Origin: Desulfobacterales bacterium
GTDB taxonomy: Bacteria > Desulfobacterota > Desulfobacteria > Desulfobacterales > UBA2174
Length of the DNA stretch: 64,000 bases
Assembly (NCBI GenBank): GCA_963668645.2
Contig: CAXXWC010000003.1
Coordinates: 1 to 64,000 of the forward strand
Direction: 5' to 3'
Both the position numbers and the translations under genes were made by a program. Positions 60,683 through 64,000 of this stretch are shown here, one piece after another (the stretch's first letter is position 1; every line of letters begins with the position of its first letter). The notes below the pieces were generated by a model, which ran no database searches, had not been told where the DNA came from, and was given only the letters and a program-made list of their open reading frames with translations.

Positions 60683-62784
60683 CTTCGCCCTCCGGTGATC
60701 ACCAGGCTGGACAGCTTGACGGCCACGAGCAGGCCGGCGGCATGAAAAAGCCCATAGTAGGGGATCAGGACCACACTGACCAGCAAGGCCCCCAGGGCCG
60801 CGCCGAGCAGATCGGCGCCGAAGGCCGAAGCCGCGCTGGAAAGCCGGTCCCCCCCCAGCCGTACCGCCGCGGGAAACTGTAGACCGCAGGCCGATGAGAG
60901 CAGGAGTCCGAAAGCGGCGAAAACGGCAAAGGGAAGATCTCCGGGCTCCCGGGCCAGCAGCCAGACAAAGGCCCCCATCAATCCGATGAGGGCCAGATCC
61001 CCGATCAGCAAGAGACGCCAGGGGTCGACCCGGGTGCGGTTTGCCCACCAGGCGCCCGGGAGCAAGCCGGCCAGAAAGACGGTCACGATGAACCCCAACT
61101 GGTGATAGATATAGCCGAACACCACCTGGAAGGCAAAAATCGTCAGGATCATGCCACCCATGAGCATGGCGCCGGTGGACATCAAGACGTATTCGGCCGC
61201 ACTCATGCGTACGGCCCAGGCTGCGGCCAGCGCCAGCACGGCCAGGGCGAAGCCCAGCGGCGAAGTGGTGAACTTTTCGAACCAGGCGTCAAAGAGGATG
61301 CGCACCAGGTGCGGCCTCATGTCGCTGTTGATCGGGGCTTCAGGGCAGAGCCGATCGGCAAGCGACGCGATCCGCCGGGGGTCGATTTCGCCGTGAAAAT
61401 AGGGACCGACATAAAGCGTATCGATCCCTTTGGCCGCCAGGCGCTCGGGGATATCCAGCGCGATGGAAGCCTGGCGGCAGAGAAAGTGGACCTGCTCGCC
61501 GGGCAGGGCCCGGACATGGGTGAAATGGCGCCGGGCGGTGGCCCGGAGCACCGAAAGCTTCAGGCGCTGGGCATCGCTGAGGTAGTTGGCATAGCCTTGG
61601 ACCGAAAACCCCAACACCCCTCCCGGAGCAAGGCGTGCGGCGGCCAGTTGGAAAAATTGCTCCGTGAAGAAACGGTTGACCTGGAAGGTATCCGGCTCCG
61701 GCATACTGACCACGATGGCGTCGTAGGGTTGCCCCCCGGCCGCCAGATAGGCCCGCCCGTCCTGGTAGATGGTGTTCAGCGGTGCGATGGGGCGCAGCAG
61801 GCCGAAGGCGAAATGGACCCGCGCCGCCTGCGGATCGATCTCCAGGTAGTCGACGCTTTCCAGGTGGTACTTGTCCAGTTCGGCCAGCATCCCCGCCTGG
61901 GCCCCGATCAGCAGCACCCGCCGGGGCCGCTCGCAAAGGGCCAGGGGATAATGCACGGCCGCTTCGGCCGCGGCCGGATCGTAGGAACTGGCGCTGGGCC
62001 GCCCGTCGCGAAAGAGGGTCACCTGGTCCTGATCGCGATAGACGGTCAGGCGCCCGAAACGGGTTTCTTCGTAGTGCACCAGCCGGCCCTGTCGATGCGC
62101 CAGGGAGCCTTGCTCCCAAACCAACCCCGCGGCGAAAATTCCCCCAACCAGCCCTCCCGCGATCAGCATCCCCGGCAGACGGCTTCCCTGCAGCCGCATC
62201 AACCGCAAGGAAGCGGCCAGCAGGGGCACTCCAGCCAGGACCAGGGCGGTCAGCGGAGAGGTCCACCAGACCAGCACGAAGGCAAAAAAAAGGCCGCCGA
62301 TCACATCACCGGCGTTGTCCAGAATATAGGCCCGGGCCGCTGACGTGGCCGGCTCCATGCCCCGCAGCACCCCCAGGGCCCGGGGCACCAGGTACCCGGC
62401 GGCAAAGCTGTAGGGCGAGCCGGTGAGCAGAATAAAACCCAGGGTCTGATAGAATCCGACACTGCTGCCAGGCAGGAAAAGCCGCTGGCGTAGCAAACGG
62501 ATGGCCAGAATCTGGATGACCGGCAGCACCGCCATGATCAGGGCCAGAAAGCTCAGGCGAAACGCATCCTGCTGAGGGCGCGCCCTGCAGCCGGCCAGCC
62601 GGGAGGCCCAGGCACCAAGCCCGCCGGCCCCGAGCCAGCCGAACAGATTCAGGGCAATAACGAACTCGTTGCCGCTGAACTGGGCCAGAAACTCGCGGGT
62701 CGTCACCAGTTGCACAACCGTGGCGCCGATTCCGGCCGCAAGGATGACAGCTTCCACGGCGCGCACGGATTTGGCCTCAAACAT
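60670..62784 (-). CDS. Membrane-fused spermidine synthase-like (SAM-binding) protein
   Basis: N- and C-terminal TM bundles around ETRFGRL, RVLLIG, YLEID, DGRAYL, YDAIVV and NRFFTEQFF. Confidence 0.8.
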   Translation of the reverse strand: MFEAKSVRAVEAVILAAGIGATVVQLVTTREFLAQFSGNEFVIALNLFGWLGAGGLGAWASRLAGCRARPQQDAFRLSFLALIMAVLPVIQILAIRLLRQRLFLPGSSVGFYQTLGFILLTGSPYSFAAGYLVPRALGVLRGMEPATSAARAYILDNAGDVIGGLFFAFVLVWWTSPLTALVLAGVPLLAASLRLMRLQGSRLPGMLIAGGLVGGIFAAGLVWEQGSLAHRQGRLVHYEETRFGRLTVYRDQDQVTLFRDGRPSASSYDPAAAEAAVHYPLALCERPRRVLLIGAQAGMLAELDKYHLESVDYLEIDPQAARVHFAFGLLRPIAPLNTIYQDGRAYLAAGGQPYDAIVVSMPEPDTFQVNRFFTEQFFQLAAARLAPGGVLGFSVQGYANYLSDAQRLKLSVLRATARRHFTHVRALPGEQVHFLCRQASIALDIPERLAAKGIDTLYVGPYFHGEIDPRRIASLADRLCPEAPINSDMRPHLVRILFDAWFEKFTTSPLGFALAVLALAAAWAVRMSAAEYVLMSTGAMLMGGMILTIFAFQVVFGYIYHQLGFIVTVFLAGLLPGAWWANRTRVDPWRLLLIGDLALIGLMGAFVWLLAREPGDLPFAVFAAFGLLLSSACGLQFPAAVRLGGDRLSSAASAFGADLLGAALGALLVSVVLIPYYGLFHAAGLLVAVKLSSLVITGGRRWKT

Positions 62785-62843
62785 GGCGATGGGTGCTCTT
62801 CGTGGTTGTGGGCCTCCCGCCCGGCAGAAACGCTATCCCCGGT

Positions 62844-64000
62844 TTAATGGGCCTTCGATTCTTCGAAGGCCTTCACCTGATAGGTCTGCACGGTCAGGTC
62901 GCCCCGGCGCCAGGCATCGGCCGCCATTCCGGCCTTGCGGCAAAGGTGGGACAAGAAGTCCTCCACCCGCGGCAGCTGTTCCCAGACCTGGGGCAGGAAG
63001 GTGGCCCCTTGATTGCCCTTGCGGATGATCAGACCGTCGATTCCCGGGCGCAGCAACACCTTGAGTTCATCGGCATTGCGGTATTCCAGCGGTGCCGGAG
63101 GGGTGAGAATGCTGACTTCGACCTGGACTTTTTCCAGCTCCTCGGCCTTCAGGGGTGAAAAACGCCAGTCTCGAAAGGCGGCATTGATGGCGTTGCTGCG
63201 CACACTTTTGAAGATGGCTTCGCGCGGTTCCAACGACCCGATACATCCACGCAACTGGCCGTTGATCTTCAGCGTTACGAAAGTGCCGCTCGGCCGCTTC
63301 AAGGCGGGATCCGCCGCAGCCCGTGGGCCGGCATCCTCATCTGCCAAAGGCTGATCGAGGTGCCGGGCGATGGTTTGGCGGGCCAGTTGAATCAGCAGGC
63401 GCCCCTGCTCCTCGCTCAGAACGTCGGGCGACCGGTTCGGACGGATGGGTTCATTCATGACATCATCTCCATAAAAAGCCACCGCGGCATATCCGACCAC
63501 CCGAGCCGGATCTCCGGCCGTATCGGCGCTGGTGGCGTAGTTGACGATCATCGGGTGCCAGTTTCGCCTTCTGGCGATAGTCACCAGTACCGCCAGAGGA
63601 AAACGGCCGCAGGCGGAGTTGTCCCTGGCGACCAGGGCCGTGGCATCCAGATCGACCAGACTCTCCAGGGTCTCACGATCATGCCGGTGGGCCTCCCGGT
63701 CCGGCAGGTAATGGGAAAGATCGCTGCTGACCACCAGCAGCGTACCGGCATCCAGGATCGACTCCAGGACCCCGGCCAGGGCGTCGACGTCGCAAGGCCC
63801 CATGATAACCGGGACCAGAGCGAATTCGGGCAGCGCGTACTGCAAAAAAGGGAGCACCACTTCGAGGCAGTGCTCCCGGCGGTCCGCATCGGCTGGCATG
63901 GCTGCGAAAAGCGGCGAGCGGCAAAGGCGCCGGGCATCGGTATGAACCGGCACCGTCCCCAGGGGAGTCTGCCAGGCATCGGCTGTACTGACGGCAGCAT
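62844..64000 (-). CDS. AmmeMemoRadiSam protein B-A fusion (MEMO + AMMECR1), 5' end outside window
   Basis: MEMO part: WQTPLG, REHCLEV, VSSDLSHY, SACG, VVGYA. AMMECR1 part: GTFVTL, LRGCIG, DWRF, ATFLPQVW. Confidence 0.9.
   Translation of the reverse strand, partial: AAVSTADAWQTPLGTVPVHTDARRLCRSPLFAAMPADADRREHCLEVVLPFLQYALPEFALVPVIMGPCDVDALAGVLESILDAGTLLVVSSDLSHYLPDREAHRHDRETLESLVDLDATALVARDNSACGRFPLAVLVTIARRRNWHPMIVNYATSADTAGDPARVVGYAAVAFYGDDVMNEPIRPNRSPDVLSEEQGRLLIQLARQTIARHLDQPLADEDAGPRAAADPALKRPSGTFVTLKINGQLRGCIGSLEPREAIFKSVRSNAINAAFRDWRFSPLKAEELEKVQVEVSILTPPAPLEYRNADELKVLLRPGIDGLIIRKGNQGATFLPQVWEQLPRVEDFLSHLCRKAGMAADAWRRGDLTVQTYQVKAFEESKAH

Overview
GC-rich bacterial window whose gene content points to an anaerobic Desulfobacterota-like host. 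It has four blocks. (1) 1-7.5 kb is a catabolic operon: an enolase 3' end, glycerate kinase, a TRAP transporter and a cobalamin-dependent methyltransferase system. (2) 7.5-38.5 kb is an accessory region centred on a degraded integron. It carries two copies of a 'truncated intI + CI/LexA-like repressor' module, an attI-like site and five AT-rich cassettes bounded by attC sites. The array is cut by a group IIC-attC intron that is itself disrupted by a serine-recombinase element. At least one more attC follows, with flanking genes hit by IS66 and IS3 elements. (3) 42.7-59.5 kb is a cobalamin-riboswitch operon: TonB receptors, a BtuF-CbiZ fusion, a CobN-like/HmuSTUV-like module, an ATP-dependent reductase pair and CbiK. 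(4) The window ends in an AmmeMemoRadiSam cluster. The best candidate for an undescribed system is one ~3.1 kb integron cassette (19293-22439) with three coupled genes: a HAM1/ITPase-NMP-kinase fusion, a 2-TM protein with a PLD-like domain, and a beta-RFAP-synthase-like (C-glycoside-forming GHMP-fold) enzyme. This reads like a modified-nucleotide signalling or toxin defence module. All family calls come from recognising motifs by eye, not from database searches.
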